A DNA stretch of 64,000 bases from an uncultured cyanobacterium (GCA_963718615.1 OY970368.1:1216001-1280000), one strand, 5' to 3'. Shown: positions 10,077 through 21,421, counted from the first letter of the stretch. Made by a program: numbers and translations. The notes: generated from the letters alone by a model not told the origin.

Positions 10077-10341
10077 GACTACATCCTTGACCTGGAGCCA
10101 ATGGCGTTGCGCTTTTCTGAGGGGCTCTTCTAATCAGGTTCTGAGTTGTCGCTTCCATAACTTTCGTGATGAAATCTTGACGCAGATTGAGTCGCAGAAT
10201 TGCAGTCTGTGATGCATTTTGACAATTTGCTCCCAGATTCAAATCCGAATCTCTCCGCTCAAACAGTTGCTTCAGGCGCACAACGCTCCTACGATCGGTA
10301 AGGTTGCATACATATTTTTAGTAAGAGTGCCTGGGAAGCTT

Positions 10342-10752
10342 ATGAAGCGTTTTTTCGTTCGCCTGCTGGCTGTGGTTCTCCTCATCAGTATGACCCTCAC
10401 TGGCTATGCTAGTCCCTCCTGGGCTGCACGTTCCGCCATGACCGGGGAATATCAGCAAGATACGCTCTCGGTCGTCACTGCGCTACGGGCTGCGGTGAAC
10501 GCAGAAGAAAGTTCTCCCTCCCAGGCTGAGTCCCAAGCGGAGGCTCGCAAGCTGATCAATGATTTTGCTGCACGCTACCGTCGTGACAATAAGGTTGCCG
10601 GTTTGCCTTCGTTTTTAACCATGCAGACTGCGCTCAATGCCCTAGCCGGTCACTACAGCTCCTACCCCAACCGTCCTCTGCCCGAGAAGCTCAAGAGCCG
10701 CCTCAATAAAGAACTGAAGCGAGTTGAGGTTTCCCTCAAGCGGGAAGCCTAG
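10342..10752 (+). CDS. psb27: Photosystem II assembly protein Psb27
   Basis: Signal peptide, TGEY.QDTL.VV..LR, INDFAARYRR and SF.TMQTALNALAGHYSSYPNRPLPEKLK.RL motifs. Confidence 0.95.
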   Translation: MKRFFVRLLAVVLLISMTLTGYASPSWAARSAMTGEYQQDTLSVVTALRAAVNAEESSPSQAESQAEARKLINDFAARYRRDNKVAGLPSFLTMQTALNALAGHYSSYPNRPLPEKLKSRLNKELKRVEVSLKREA

Positions 10753-10807
10753 GCCCTGACGCCCCTTTCTTCTGAGTTAATCCAATCTGAGTTAATCCAA
10801 CTCCAGC

Positions 10808-10836
10808 AAGCCCGCTTCCCCAAGCGGGTTCTTTTA
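10808..10836 (+). terminator. Rho-independent terminator after psb27
   Basis: aagcccgctt-cccc-aagcgggtt followed by cttttt. Confidence 0.65.
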
Positions 10837-10913
10837 TGGATTTTCTTAGAGATTCGCTATAGATATTCTGGCCGCAGTGATTGACAGCCGTCCAGATTGA
10901 TGGAGATAATTAG

Positions 10914-12293
<1,380 letters not shown>

Positions 12294-12318
12294 TGGGGGC
12301 TGACCCAAGCCATTGGGG

Positions 12319-12708
12319 TTAATCGATGACCGCAATACATTCGATTTCAACGAGGACATCCTTCGGTAGGCGTGCGGCTTGAACGCAGGCACGGGCCGGG
12401 GCTGTGGCTTCGTCGAAGAATTTGCTGTAGATACCGTTCATGGTGACAAAGTCGTTCATATCGGCTAGGAAGACGCTGGTTTTGACAACATCGCTAAAGC
12501 TGGCCCCGGCGGCAGCCAGAACTGCACTCAGGTTTTTCATGACTTGTTCGGTTTGGGCTGCTACGTCGCCATCGCCGACGATTTGCCCTGTGGCTGGGTC
12601 GAGGGCAATTTGGCCGGAGACAAAGATCATTTTGCCTGTGGCGGCGATCGCCTGGTTATAAGGCCCCACAGGAGCCGGAGCTTGATCGGTCTGAATGACT
12701 TCGCGCAT
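12319..12708 (-). CDS. ridA: RidA (YjgF/YER057c/UK114) enamine/imine deaminase
   Basis: APAPVGPYNQA, VSGQI and PARACV.AARLPK.VLVEIECIA motifs. Confidence 0.93.
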   Translation of the reverse strand: MREVIQTDQAPAPVGPYNQAIAATGKMIFVSGQIALDPATGQIVGDGDVAAQTEQVMKNLSAVLAAAGASFSDVVKTSVFLADMNDFVTMNGIYSKFFDEATAPARACVQAARLPKDVLVEIECIAVID

Positions 12709-12740
12709 AGATTTAAGAAAGTTGAATAGAGGCGATGATA

Positions 12741-14480
12741 TCAGCGGACGCGGGCGCGGGTAATCTGCCAGCTCAATAAAAGTACGGGTAAGAGACCCAC
12801 AATCAGAATGGCGAGGGCCGGCGCAGAAGCGGCAGCGAGGCGTTCGTCGGAGGCATATTGGTAGACCCGAATGGCCAAGGTGTCAAAATTAAAAGGACGC
12901 ATGACCAGCGTTGCCGGGAGTTCTTTCATCACATCGACGAACACCAGCATTAGGGCGGTGAGCATGCCGCTACTTAGCAGGGGAATATGGACCTTCAGGA
13001 GGGTTTGGGTGGGACCTTGGCCCAGGCTGCGGGCCGCATCATCGAAGCAGGGTTTGATTTTTTGCAGGCTGGATTCAACGGTGTTGAGCGCCACGGCCAG
13101 AAACCGGACCAGGTAGGCCAGGATTAACGCCAGGGCTGATCCCCCGAGGGCGATCGTCCAGGGTGATCCCAACTGAGCTTGAACCGCGCTGGAAACTGTA
13201 TCTAATTGTCCAAGGGGAATCAGCAATCCGACCGCAATCACCGCACCGGGTACGGCATAGCCCATGGAGGCTAGCCTTGCGCCAAAACCCATGACTGGCT
13301 TGGGATTGAGCCGAAGGCCGTAGGCGACGGTCAGGGCCAGGGGCACTGCGATCAAGGCGGTGGCGAGGGCGAGAATGAGGCTGTTACGGCTGAGCTGCCA
13401 GAAGCTTTCGTTGAAGGTTTCGCGGGCGTGGGTAATGGCGAGGTGGAGCAGGAAGACTGCTGGGATGATCAGACCGAGGGCAATGGGAGTCAGGCAAGTG
13501 AGGAAGGCGGCGATCGCCCGTCCCCCCCGCAATCCATAACCGGGCAACCGTTGGTAAGGACTATCGCATTGGTAATATTTGGCCTGTCGCCGCGACCAGC
13601 CTTCTAGCAGAATCAACGCCAAAATAAACAGCATCAACACCGCCGCCAATTGGGTTGCGGCCACCCGTTCGCCCATGCCAAACCAGGTCCGGTAGATGCC
13701 GGTGGTGAATGTATCGACGCCAAAATATTGGACTGTGCCAAAGTCATTGAGCGTTTCCATCAACGCTAGGGCTAGTCCCCCCATTACCGCTGGACGGGCC
13801 AGGGGCAGCGCGACCTTGAAGAAACTCTGCCAGGGCGTGCAGCCTAGGGCTCGACTGGCTTCGAGGGTACGGACCGATTGTTCTTGGAAGGCGACGCGGG
13901 CGAGGAGGTACACGTAGGGATAGAGGGAAAGGCCGAGAAGGGCGATCGCTCCCCAAATCGAGCGAATATTCGGAAACCAATAGTCCTGCACGCTTTCCCA
14001 GCCAAAGATCCCTCGCAATGCCGTTTGAATAGGTCCGTAGAAATCCAGCAGTTCCGTATAGGTGTAGGCCAGGAGATAACCGGGAGAAGCCAAAGGCAAC
14101 AGCAGCGCCCATTCAAACCAGCGCCGCCCCGGAAACCGACAGAGGGTCACTAGCCAAGCGGTGGCGATGCCAAGGGCCGAGACCAGGAGCCCAACCCCCA
14201 CCATCAAAATTAGAGAATTACTGACATAGCGGGGCAGGACGGTGCTGGCCAAATGAGCCCAGATGTCGCTGGAATTGACAAAAATGCTGCTGAGGACGAC
14301 GAGAACAGGGGTGATGACGAGGGTGGCGATCGCCAACACCGCCAGCGTCCAACCCTGGTTCAAACATAAACCCCAAAGCTGAGGCGATCGCGTTTTAGAG
14401 CGAGAATCAGGCCGTTGAGGCGGTTTTGCCTGGGGAGATGGAGTTTTGCCCTGGCGAAGCAATTGTTTCAAACCGGTCAC
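12741..14480 (-). CDS. futB: Fe(III) ABC transporter permease
   Basis: Two permease halves with METLNDFGTV.YFGV.TFTTGIY and DVMKELPAT...RPFNFDTLA. Exact start is uncertain. Confidence 0.9.
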   Translation of the reverse strand: MTGLKQLLRQGKTPSPQAKPPQRPDSRSKTRSPQLWGLCLNQGWTLAVLAIATLVITPVLVVLSSIFVNSSDIWAHLASTVLPRYVSNSLILMVGVGLLVSALGIATAWLVTLCRFPGRRWFEWALLLPLASPGYLLAYTYTELLDFYGPIQTALRGIFGWESVQDYWFPNIRSIWGAIALLGLSLYPYVYLLARVAFQEQSVRTLEASRALGCTPWQSFFKVALPLARPAVMGGLALALMETLNDFGTVQYFGVDTFTTGIYRTWFGMGERVAATQLAAVLMLFILALILLEGWSRRQAKYYQCDSPYQRLPGYGLRGGRAIAAFLTCLTPIALGLIIPAVFLLHLAITHARETFNESFWQLSRNSLILALATALIAVPLALTVAYGLRLNPKPVMGFGARLASMGYAVPGAVIAVGLLIPLGQLDTVSSAVQAQLGSPWTIALGGSALALILAYLVRFLAVALNTVESSLQKIKPCFDDAARSLGQGPTQTLLKVHIPLLSSGMLTALMLVFVDVMKELPATLVMRPFNFDTLAIRVYQYASDERLAAASAPALAILIVGLLPVLLLSWQITRARVR

Positions 14481-14500
14481 AGCGACGTCCTCGATATCCT

Positions 14501-14519
14501 ATTGAGAAAAAGTCTCATT
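14501..14519. promoter_or_regulatory. Fur-box-like inverted repeat between divergent futB and futC
   Basis: ATTGAGAAAAAGTCTCATT (TGAGA-N5-TCTCA) in a 124-bp divergent gap between iron-uptake genes. Confidence 0.6.
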
Positions 14520-14604
14520 CCATAATTTACACTAGGGTTTGGTTTAGGCGTTAGATTAACGGTCGATCGCAGTTCACTTCATAGCAGGCTTAAGAGCAGG
14601 TTTC

Positions 14605-15720
14605 ATGACGGATTCAAGGGCAGAGGTAGCAGCAGAGGCGGGGGCACAAACCGCAATTCTGCAATTGCAAGGCATTGTTAAGCGTTTTGCCAATTCAGCT
14701 CAACCGGCGATCGCTCGGATTGATTTGGAGTTAAGACCCGGTGAAATCCTTAGCTTGCTGGGTCCCTCGGGCTGTGGTAAGACCACCTTATTGAGAATCA
14801 TTGCCGGATTTGAAAGGCCAGATGCTGGAACTATTTTGATTCGACAGCAGCCTGTCGCTCATCTGCCACCGGAGCAGCGCGGCGTTGGCATGGTCTTTCA
14901 GGATTATGCGCTGTTTCCCCACCTCACCGTTGCCAAAAACGTCGCCTTTGGGCTGGGACGCGCTGGGGGCTCCCGCTTAGCCCCTAAGCAGGTGAGCGAA
15001 GCCTTAGGTCTGGTTGGCCTCGTTGGTTATCAATCCCGCTATCCCCACGAACTTTCGGGTGGGCAGCAGCAGCGCATCGCTCTCGCCCGTGCCTTGGCTC
15101 CGGCTCCGGCTTTGGTCTTGCTGGATGAACCCATGAGCAATTTGGATGTACAGGTGCGGTTGCGGTTGCGCCAGGAACTGCGCAGCATCCTTAAACAGGC
15201 AGGCACTTCGGCAATTTTCGTCACCCACGACCAGGAAGAGGCGCTGTCCATGGCCGATCGCGTTGTTGTCATGGACCATGGCCACATTGAGCAAATTGGG
15301 ACACCCGAGGAGATTTATCAGCATCCGGCCACGCGCTTTGTCGCAGATTTTGTCACCCAGGCGAATTTTATTCCGGCCCAGCGAACCGCAGCGGGGTGGG
15401 AGACGGAATTAGGCACAGTCCCAGCGGCAGCGATGGCAGTGCAATTTGAGCAGGCGGCAAAACGGGGGCAAGGGGAGTTGCAAGGGGAGTTGATGGTGCG
15501 GCAGGAGGATTTGGAGCTTGTGGCCGATGAGCGGGGGATGGGGGTCGTGGGCGATCGCCAATTCCTCGGACGGGAACACCGCTACAGTATCCAGCTTCCC
15601 TCCGGCCAAACCCTGTTCGTGCGACGCCTCTCGGGGGATCTGCTCCCCGTTGGGGCAAAGGTGCAATTGCGCTTGGGAGGAGAATGTCGGATTTTCGAGT
15701 CCAATCCTGCGATAGACTAA
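14605..15720 (+). CDS. futC: Fe(III) ABC transporter ATP-binding protein
   Basis: GPSGCGKTT, VFQDYALFPHL and [12 protein letters not shown] motifs, C-terminal TOBE-like region, divergent from futB. Confidence 0.85.
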   Translation: MTDSRAEVAAEAGAQTAILQLQGIVKRFANSAQPAIARIDLELRPGEILSLLGPSGCGKTTLLRIIAGFERPDAGTILIRQQPVAHLPPEQRGVGMVFQDYALFPHLTVAKNVAFGLGRAGGSRLAPKQVSEALGLVGLVGYQSRYPHELSGGQQQRIALARALAPAPALVLLDEPMSNLDVQVRLRLRQELRSILKQAGTSAIFVTHDQEEALSMADRVVVMDHGHIEQIGTPEEIYQHPATRFVADFVTQANFIPAQRTAAGWETELGTVPAAAMAVQFEQAAKRGQGELQGELMVRQEDLELVADERGMGVVGDRQFLGREHRYSIQLPSGQTLFVRRLSGDLLPVGAKVQLRLGGECRIFESNPAID

Positions 15721-15748
15721 ACTCTTATGGTACTCGCGAAAACAGCAG

Positions 15749-16864
15749 ATGGCGCAAAACCCGTTTGATCAGCTCGCAAAACAATACCTAGAGGAATTTC
15801 TTGCTCCGGTCGGTCAGGTGATTCGTAATCTTGAAGTGCCTGGAGAGCCAAAATTCGTCGATGTCTTTTTTGCCCCGGATCCCAATGCCATCCAATCGGC
15901 GGATTTAGGGCTGTTGGGACAGATGCTGCAAACAGTTTGCCTCCTAGAACCCTTCCGTAATGCTCCCACCCGCCATGAAATTCGCACTTGTTTGCTGAAA
16001 CTGATTTGGATCCAGGAGGACGAACGCCGCAAAGCGCGGCAGGCTGAGCGCAAACTGCCTGAGGTCGACTTACCACAGCTCTGGATTCTGGCGGCGACCA
16101 CCCATGAACCAGTACTGAGAGCCTTTAAGGCTGAAATAACGGAGCAACAGGGGTTTGGGGTTTATGTCTTAGCGGAAGGGCTGAAAACTGCGATCGTTGC
16201 CATTGACCAATTGCCAGAAAGCGCCGATACTCTTTGGCTTAGAATTTTGGGCCGAGGTATCACTCAAGAACGCGCCATTCGCGAAGTTTTAGCCCTTCCC
16301 CCCGAACATCCCAGACGCAACAACATCCTCCGACTTCTAGCAAGTTGGAAAGTTAGAATAGACCTCAAAGAACTCCAAGATTTCTCAGACCAGGAGACGA
16401 TCATGGCTTTATCCCAGGCATTTTTGGAGTGGGAACAGCAAACCCAGCAAAACGCTGAGGCAAAAGGACGCCAGGTGGGTTGGCAAGAAGGTCGCCAAGA
16501 AGGTCGCCAAGAAGGTGAACGAGCGCTCCTCCAACTTCTTCTTGCCCAGAAACTTGGCGCTCTACCGCACCCGATCGAAACTGCGATCGCCCAACTCTCC
16601 CGAGAGCAACTGGAAGCCTTGGCGATCGCCCAACTCAATTTCTCTCAAATCGCTGAACTAGAAACTTGGCTATTGGCTCCGGCGCAATCCCACCTTAGGC
16701 AGCAGTTAGCCGTGCAGGTTGGAGATTTGTCTGAAGAGACACAGAGGGCGATGCAAGGGTTGCTCCTGGAGCAGATTCAGGCATTGGGGGAGGCGATCGC
16801 TGGATTTCAGGCCCCTGAAGATCTCCAAGCTTGGTTGGCGGACCGGAACTTTGGCGATCGCTAA
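15749..16864 (+). CDS. Cyanobacterial multicopy Rpn/PD-(D/E)XK-like protein with two C-terminal DUF4351-like repeats
   Basis: PFDQLAKQYL..FL, DVFF.P, LLEPFRN and TLWLRILGRG motifs, GRQE repeats, and a duplicated L..EQLEALA.A..F....L..WL tail. Confidence 0.75.
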   Translation: MAQNPFDQLAKQYLEEFLAPVGQVIRNLEVPGEPKFVDVFFAPDPNAIQSADLGLLGQMLQTVCLLEPFRNAPTRHEIRTCLLKLIWIQEDERRKARQAERKLPEVDLPQLWILAATTHEPVLRAFKAEITEQQGFGVYVLAEGLKTAIVAIDQLPESADTLWLRILGRGITQERAIREVLALPPEHPRRNNILRLLASWKVRIDLKELQDFSDQETIMALSQAFLEWEQQTQQNAEAKGRQVGWQEGRQEGRQEGERALLQLLLAQKLGALPHPIETAIAQLSREQLEALAIAQLNFSQIAELETWLLAPAQSHLRQQLAVQVGDLSEETQRAMQGLLLEQIQALGEAIAGFQAPEDLQAWLADRNFGDR

Positions 16865-16873
16865 AATCCCCAG

Positions 16874-17662
16874 CTAAAACAAATCCTTTTTCCCCCGGAG
16901 CTTCCCAAAGGTTTTCTCAGGAATCGTGCTGCCGGTGACCGCTTGCAGGGCAGGAGCATCCCAGCGGAGAAAGGGATTGGTTTGTTTTTCTTCGCCTAGG
17001 ACAGAAGGCACCGTGGCTTCCTGGCGCTGGCGGGCGGCTTGGACCTGGGCGTAGCGTTGCTGGAGCGCGGTGTTGTCGCCATCGACGGTGAGGGCAAATT
17101 TGAGATTGCTGAGCGTATATTCGTGGGCGCACCAAATGCGGGTTTGGTCTGGGAGGGCGCGTAGCTTGGACAGCGATCGCACCATCTGCCCCGGTGTCCC
17201 CTCAAACAATCGGCCACAGCCCCCGGCAAACATCGTGTCCCCACAAAATAACTCTCCCCAGCCCGCCTCCGGACTTTGAAGATTCTTCACCGGCGGAAAA
17301 TAGTACGCAATATGCCCTCGGGTGTGGCCAGGGACGAAAAAGACCTGGGCCTCGCGATCGCCAAAGGACACGCGATCGCCCTCCTTCAAAAACACCTGCT
17401 GCCCCGGAATTCGCCCCCGATCCTCAGCGCCTGCATAGACCACGGCTGCGGGAAATTGCTCCAGCAGCGCTTGATTGCCGCCCACATGGTCGCTGTGGTG
17501 GTGAGTATTGAAAATGGCGACGAGGGTTGCCTCTAGCTCGGCCAGCTTTTGCAGGACCGGGGCGGCTTGGGCCGGGTCGACGACAGCGGCGGTTTGGCGA
17601 TCGCCATCGTAAAGCAAAAAAATATAATTATCGGAGAGGGCGGGAAGACGAAGAATCTGCAT
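16874..17662 (-). CDS. gloB: Hydroxyacylglutathione hydrolase (glyoxalase II)
   Basis: [39 protein letters not shown] and EKQTNPFLR motifs. Confidence 0.96.
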   Translation of the reverse strand: MQILRLPALSDNYIFLLYDGDRQTAAVVDPAQAAPVLQKLAELEATLVAIFNTHHHSDHVGGNQALLEQFPAAVVYAGAEDRGRIPGQQVFLKEGDRVSFGDREAQVFFVPGHTRGHIAYYFPPVKNLQSPEAGWGELFCGDTMFAGGCGRLFEGTPGQMVRSLSKLRALPDQTRIWCAHEYTLSNLKFALTVDGDNTALQQRYAQVQAARQRQEATVPSVLGEEKQTNPFLRWDAPALQAVTGSTIPEKTFGKLRGKKDLF

Positions 17663-17739
17663 AGGGTTGGATGAAACCGGGCATACTCACAATAGAGTCT
17701 GGGTGACACCTGTCGTGCCCCGCCAGAGAGGAAATCCCC

Positions 17740-18969
17740 TTGAACATTACGTTGGTTGTCAGTGATTTATCCGCCAGTGGCGCTGGACGGTGGGGAGATG
17801 CCGTTCGCCCGTTTTTGCTGACCAAAGCCCTGCAATCCCTCGGTCATCAGGTCAAAATCCTGGGCTTTAATGCAGATCGCGACACCGATCGCGAAACGGC
17901 GATCGCCTCCTCTGAGAAGTTGCCCATCCAACAGATTCAGGGGGGAATCTATCCTCGGTTTTTCCGCTCGGCGGCGGCATTGTTACGGGCACTGCGGGCG
18001 GATCGCCAGTGTGATTTGGTCTATGCCTACAAGCTCAAGCCTAGCAGCTTTGGCTTGGCGTTGCTAGATCGCCTGCGATCGCGCCGACCCGTATTTTTGG
18101 ATATCGATGACTGGGAGTTGAGCTGGCATGGGGGCGATGCGTTCTCCTATCAGCCCACTCCCCGTCAACTGTTCCGGGATTTGTTTCGCTCAGAAAGTGC
18201 CCTGCGCAATCCCGATCACCCCTTCTATCTGCAATCCCTGGAGCGGTTAGTGGCTAAAGCGGATCAGGTCACGACCCACAATCAGTTTTTGCAAAATCGG
18301 TTTGGCGGAGCCTATATTCCTAATGGCAAAGATGTTTGTCTGTTCAATCCAGAACACTATGACCCGGTGGTGAGTCGCGATCGCTTCCAACTCACGCCCT
18401 ACCGCACCCTCATGTTTCCCGGTGCGCCCCGTCCCTACAAGGGTTTGGAAGATATTCTAACCGCCTTGGATTTGTTGGACCAACCGGATTTACGTCTGGT
18501 GATCGTCGGTGGCAGTCCCTACGATGAGTACGACCAGCAACTCATGGCCCACTGGGGTCGTTGGATCATCAAAGTTCCCCGCACGCCCTATGGCCAAATG
18601 CCCGAGGTAATCAGTGCGGCTCACGCCATCGTGGTGCCTCAGCAGGACACTCCAGCCACCCAGGCTCAGTTTCCGCTCAAGCTCACCGATGGTATGGCCA
18701 TGGCGAAGCCCATTTTAGCGACTAGAGTGGGGGATATTCCCCGTATTTTGGGTGATGCAGGCTATTTGGTTGACGCCAATGATCCGGCGCAACTGGCCCA
18801 GGGAATTCAGAAACTCTTTGGGGAATTTGAGGTTGCCCAGGAAAAAGGACGACAGGCTCGCGATCGCTGCGTCCAGTACTACAGCATCGAAGCCATGGCC
18901 AAAACTCTCGCAACTCTGTTGCCCCAAGCGCCCCAAGCGCCCCAATCCACCCAACCCACCCAACCCTAA
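17740..18969 (+). CDS. Glycosyltransferase family 4 (GT-B)
   Basis: G.PRPYKGLE and FPLKL.DGMAMAKPILAT.VGDIP motifs. Confidence 0.9.
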   Translation: MNITLVVSDLSASGAGRWGDAVRPFLLTKALQSLGHQVKILGFNADRDTDRETAIASSEKLPIQQIQGGIYPRFFRSAAALLRALRADRQCDLVYAYKLKPSSFGLALLDRLRSRRPVFLDIDDWELSWHGGDAFSYQPTPRQLFRDLFRSESALRNPDHPFYLQSLERLVAKADQVTTHNQFLQNRFGGAYIPNGKDVCLFNPEHYDPVVSRDRFQLTPYRTLMFPGAPRPYKGLEDILTALDLLDQPDLRLVIVGGSPYDEYDQQLMAHWGRWIIKVPRTPYGQMPEVISAAHAIVVPQQDTPATQAQFPLKLTDGMAMAKPILATRVGDIPRILGDAGYLVDANDPAQLAQGIQKLFGEFEVAQEKGRQARDRCVQYYSIEAMAKTLATLLPQAPQAPQSTQPTQP

Positions 18970-19041
18970 TCGCCAGCGTAGGGACAGGGCAATGCCCTGT
19001 CCCTACATCCGATCCTGCCCTTGATTCCCTTCTTTTTTGCC

Positions 19042-21114
19042 ATGTCTTCCACCCAGAAATTCCTGTTTCAGGTTGCCAAGAAGTATCCGTTTAAGATCTT
19101 TTGGAGTATTCTGTTTGGTTTTTCAGGGGCCATTTTTAACGGGATTGGAACGACATTAATTGTCCCGGTTTTGCTGGCTTTAATTGGACAGGAAGCCTCG
19201 CTTGATGGTGGCCCACCGCTTTTGCAAAAACTCTTGTCACCCTTTGGCGAGATGGATGGAAGTCAGCGCTTGCTGGCAATGACCGCTGTGATTATTGTGC
19301 TGATCTTTCTCAAGAGTTTGACGAACTATCTCAGCACGCTGATTTCAACCACCTTGGGGCGGCGAATTACCTCGGACTTCCAAGAGCAAGGGCTGAAGCT
19401 GATTTTGGATGTGGATATCGATTATCTGACCAAGATGCGCGTTGGGGATTTGATGAACCGTCTGGGCGGCGAAATGAACCGGGCAACCCTTGCCATTACC
19501 GGGGCGGTTCAACTCTTTACGATTATTTCGACGATCTTTGTATTTCTGGTTATTTTAATCGGAATTTCTTGGAAAATCAGCATTGCAACAACATTGCTTT
19601 TTCCTCTTTCAGCGCTGCTGAACCGTGGCCTCATTGTCAATTCTAAGCGATTTAGCAAAGTGCTAACGACCGTTAACAATCAGTATTCGAGTGGATTGGT
19701 GGAACTGATTGGGGGAATGCGACTGGTGCGTTCAACCGGTAATGAAGGTCGAGAATTCAAGCGGTTTACGGACCTGATTGAAAACCGGGAGAAAATCGAT
19801 TTCTTTGCCAAAGCCAATACCGGTTTGATTGGTCCTCTCGCCGAAGTCGTTAATATTGTTTCGCTATTTGCCATTGTCTTTATTAGCCGTGCGATTTTTG
19901 CCAATCAGCTCGATGTTTTGGCAACGATTCTTCCCCTTTACATGATTCTGATCTTCCGGATGCTGCCCTACATCGGTCAGCTCAATTCGGCACGGGATAC
20001 GTTGGCGTTGGCATCTTCTCCCGTTGAAGTGGTTTATGACATGCTGCGGCGGGATAACAAATCGTTTATGCCTAAGGGCGATCGCCTCTATGCCGGTATC
20101 AAAAAGGAAATCCATTTTAAGAACCTTCAATTTGCCTATCCCAGCAGCCAAAATCTCATCCTCAAAGGCATTGATCTAACCCTGCCGAAAGGCACAACCC
20201 TGGCCTTGGTCGGCTCCTCTGGCGCGGGCAAATCGACCCTGGCGGACCTGCTGCCCCGATTCTATGATCCCAACGGCGGTCAGATTTTGCTCGATGGCAT
20301 AGATTTGCGTGAGTACGATATCCAGTCTGTCCGCCGCGCCATGGGGATTGTGAGCCAGGAAACCTTCCTGTTCAACAACACGATTCGCTACAACATTACC
20401 TACGGACGCCCCGAGGCCACTGAAGCTGAAATCCGCTCAGCACTGCAACGGGCTAATGCAGAGGAATTTATCTCAAAAATGCCGGAGGGACTGGAAACCA
20501 AGATTGGCGATCGCGGCGTCATGCTCTCTGGGGGACAACGGCAGCGGTTGGCGATCGCCCGCGCCCTTCTCCAAGACCCAGATATTCTCATCCTCGATGA
20601 AGCCACCAGCGCCCTGGATACGGTGTCTGAACGGCTGGTCCAAGAGGCTCTGGATGAACTGAGCCGCGAACGCACGACGTTAGTCATCGCCCACCGGCTC
20701 TCGACAATCCGCAATGCCGATCAAATCGCAGTCCTCGACCAAGGCCATGTGGTAGAACTCGGAACCCACGACGAGCTCCTGCACCAGGATGGGCTCTACA
20801 GCCAGCTTTGCGCGCTCCAGTTTGCGGAACGTCATGGCGAGGGCTCTCAGAACCAAAGCCCATTATCGGAGACAATAAGCCAGAAAACCACAGTCAGTCA
20901 GCTCTCCTACGAAGCCCGCAGTCGATTGAACTTTATGATTGGTTCCCTGGGTCTATTGGCAGAGGATTTGGTTGAGGATCCGGAGGAGCGGAGTGAGTTA
21001 TCGCGGGAGGCCTATGAGGCGGCGATCGCGGTTCTTAATCAATTGGAATCCTTAGAAAATCAGCGACCACTGACTACATTGATTCCAGGGGCAGAGCAAT
21101 CAATCCAACCGTGA
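19042..21114 (+). CDS. HepA-like ABC exporter (fused TMD-NBD) with a C-terminal extension
   Basis: N-terminal TM helices, GSSGAGKST, LSGGQRQR and DEATSALD, followed by an approximately 90-aa extra tail. Confidence 0.92.
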   Translation: MSSTQKFLFQVAKKYPFKIFWSILFGFSGAIFNGIGTTLIVPVLLALIGQEASLDGGPPLLQKLLSPFGEMDGSQRLLAMTAVIIVLIFLKSLTNYLSTLISTTLGRRITSDFQEQGLKLILDVDIDYLTKMRVGDLMNRLGGEMNRATLAITGAVQLFTIISTIFVFLVILIGISWKISIATTLLFPLSALLNRGLIVNSKRFSKVLTTVNNQYSSGLVELIGGMRLVRSTGNEGREFKRFTDLIENREKIDFFAKANTGLIGPLAEVVNIVSLFAIVFISRAIFANQLDVLATILPLYMILIFRMLPYIGQLNSARDTLALASSPVEVVYDMLRRDNKSFMPKGDRLYAGIKKEIHFKNLQFAYPSSQNLILKGIDLTLPKGTTLALVGSSGAGKSTLADLLPRFYDPNGGQILLDGIDLREYDIQSVRRAMGIVSQETFLFNNTIRYNITYGRPEATEAEIRSALQRANAEEFISKMPEGLETKIGDRGVMLSGGQRQRLAIARALLQDPDILILDEATSALDTVSERLVQEALDELSRERTTLVIAHRLSTIRNADQIAVLDQGHVVELGTHDELLHQDGLYSQLCALQFAERHGEGSQNQSPLSETISQKTTVSQLSYEARSRLNFMIGSLGLLAEDLVEDPEERSELSREAYEAAIAVLNQLESLENQRPLTTLIPGAEQSIQP

Positions 21115-21391
21115 TTGGGATGGGCTTGCAGGGTAGAACCGGCTTTGGCGGGCAAATCGGTTTAAATCCAGCGATGACCGGCGGACAAAGCGGCTCAACT
21201 GGGCAAATCGGTTCAATGATCCGGATGGGGAGTCCGGGAGACTTAATCGCAGCGATACCACCGGCTACATTGCGAGCGGCGATCGCCCGCTCCTTTGCAG
21301 CTTTAAGAACGTCTCCCCCATGAAAATCCACCGATTCCACAACATTGAGGTCGTTCGCGTGATGCAAATCCGTAATAGAGATCTTTGACAT
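21074..21391 (-). CDS. Putative RiPP/bacteriocin-like precursor (double-Gly leader plus Pro/Cys-rich core)
   Basis: MSKISITDL... leader ending NVAGG, a core with P(I/L)CP repeats, a GGAG RBS, and a position 30 nt downstream of a co-oriented Cys-rich gene. Confidence 0.6.
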   Translation of the reverse strand: MSKISITDLHHANDLNVVESVDFHGGDVLKAAKERAIAARNVAGGIAAIKSPGLPIRIIEPICPVEPLCPPVIAGFKPICPPKPVLPCKPIPITVGLIALPLESM

Positions 21392-21421
21392 GGGGCTTCT
21401 CCGAGGATAGAGGGTTGGACT

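Noticed and set aside
10219-10341. Long N-terminal extensions in the ORF track (psb27, purA, pstS, DUF1328 and others)
   Set aside because: Downstream starts fit the family N-termini and RBS positions better.
15749-16864. Flagellar assembly protein or active transposase
   Set aside because: The GRQE repeats only mimic FliH, cyanobacteria lack flagella, and no terminal inverted repeats or target duplication are visible.
19042-21114. ABC exporter as the dedicated transporter of the neighbouring GG-leader peptide
   Set aside because: It has no N-terminal C39 peptidase domain, is convergent rather than co-transcribed, and pairs with a glycosyltransferase like HepA-type exporters.
21111-21323. 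Gly-rich 70-aa plus-strand ORF as the real gene
   Set aside because: It is the antisense shadow of the Pro-rich precursor, which has an RBS and an operon partner.
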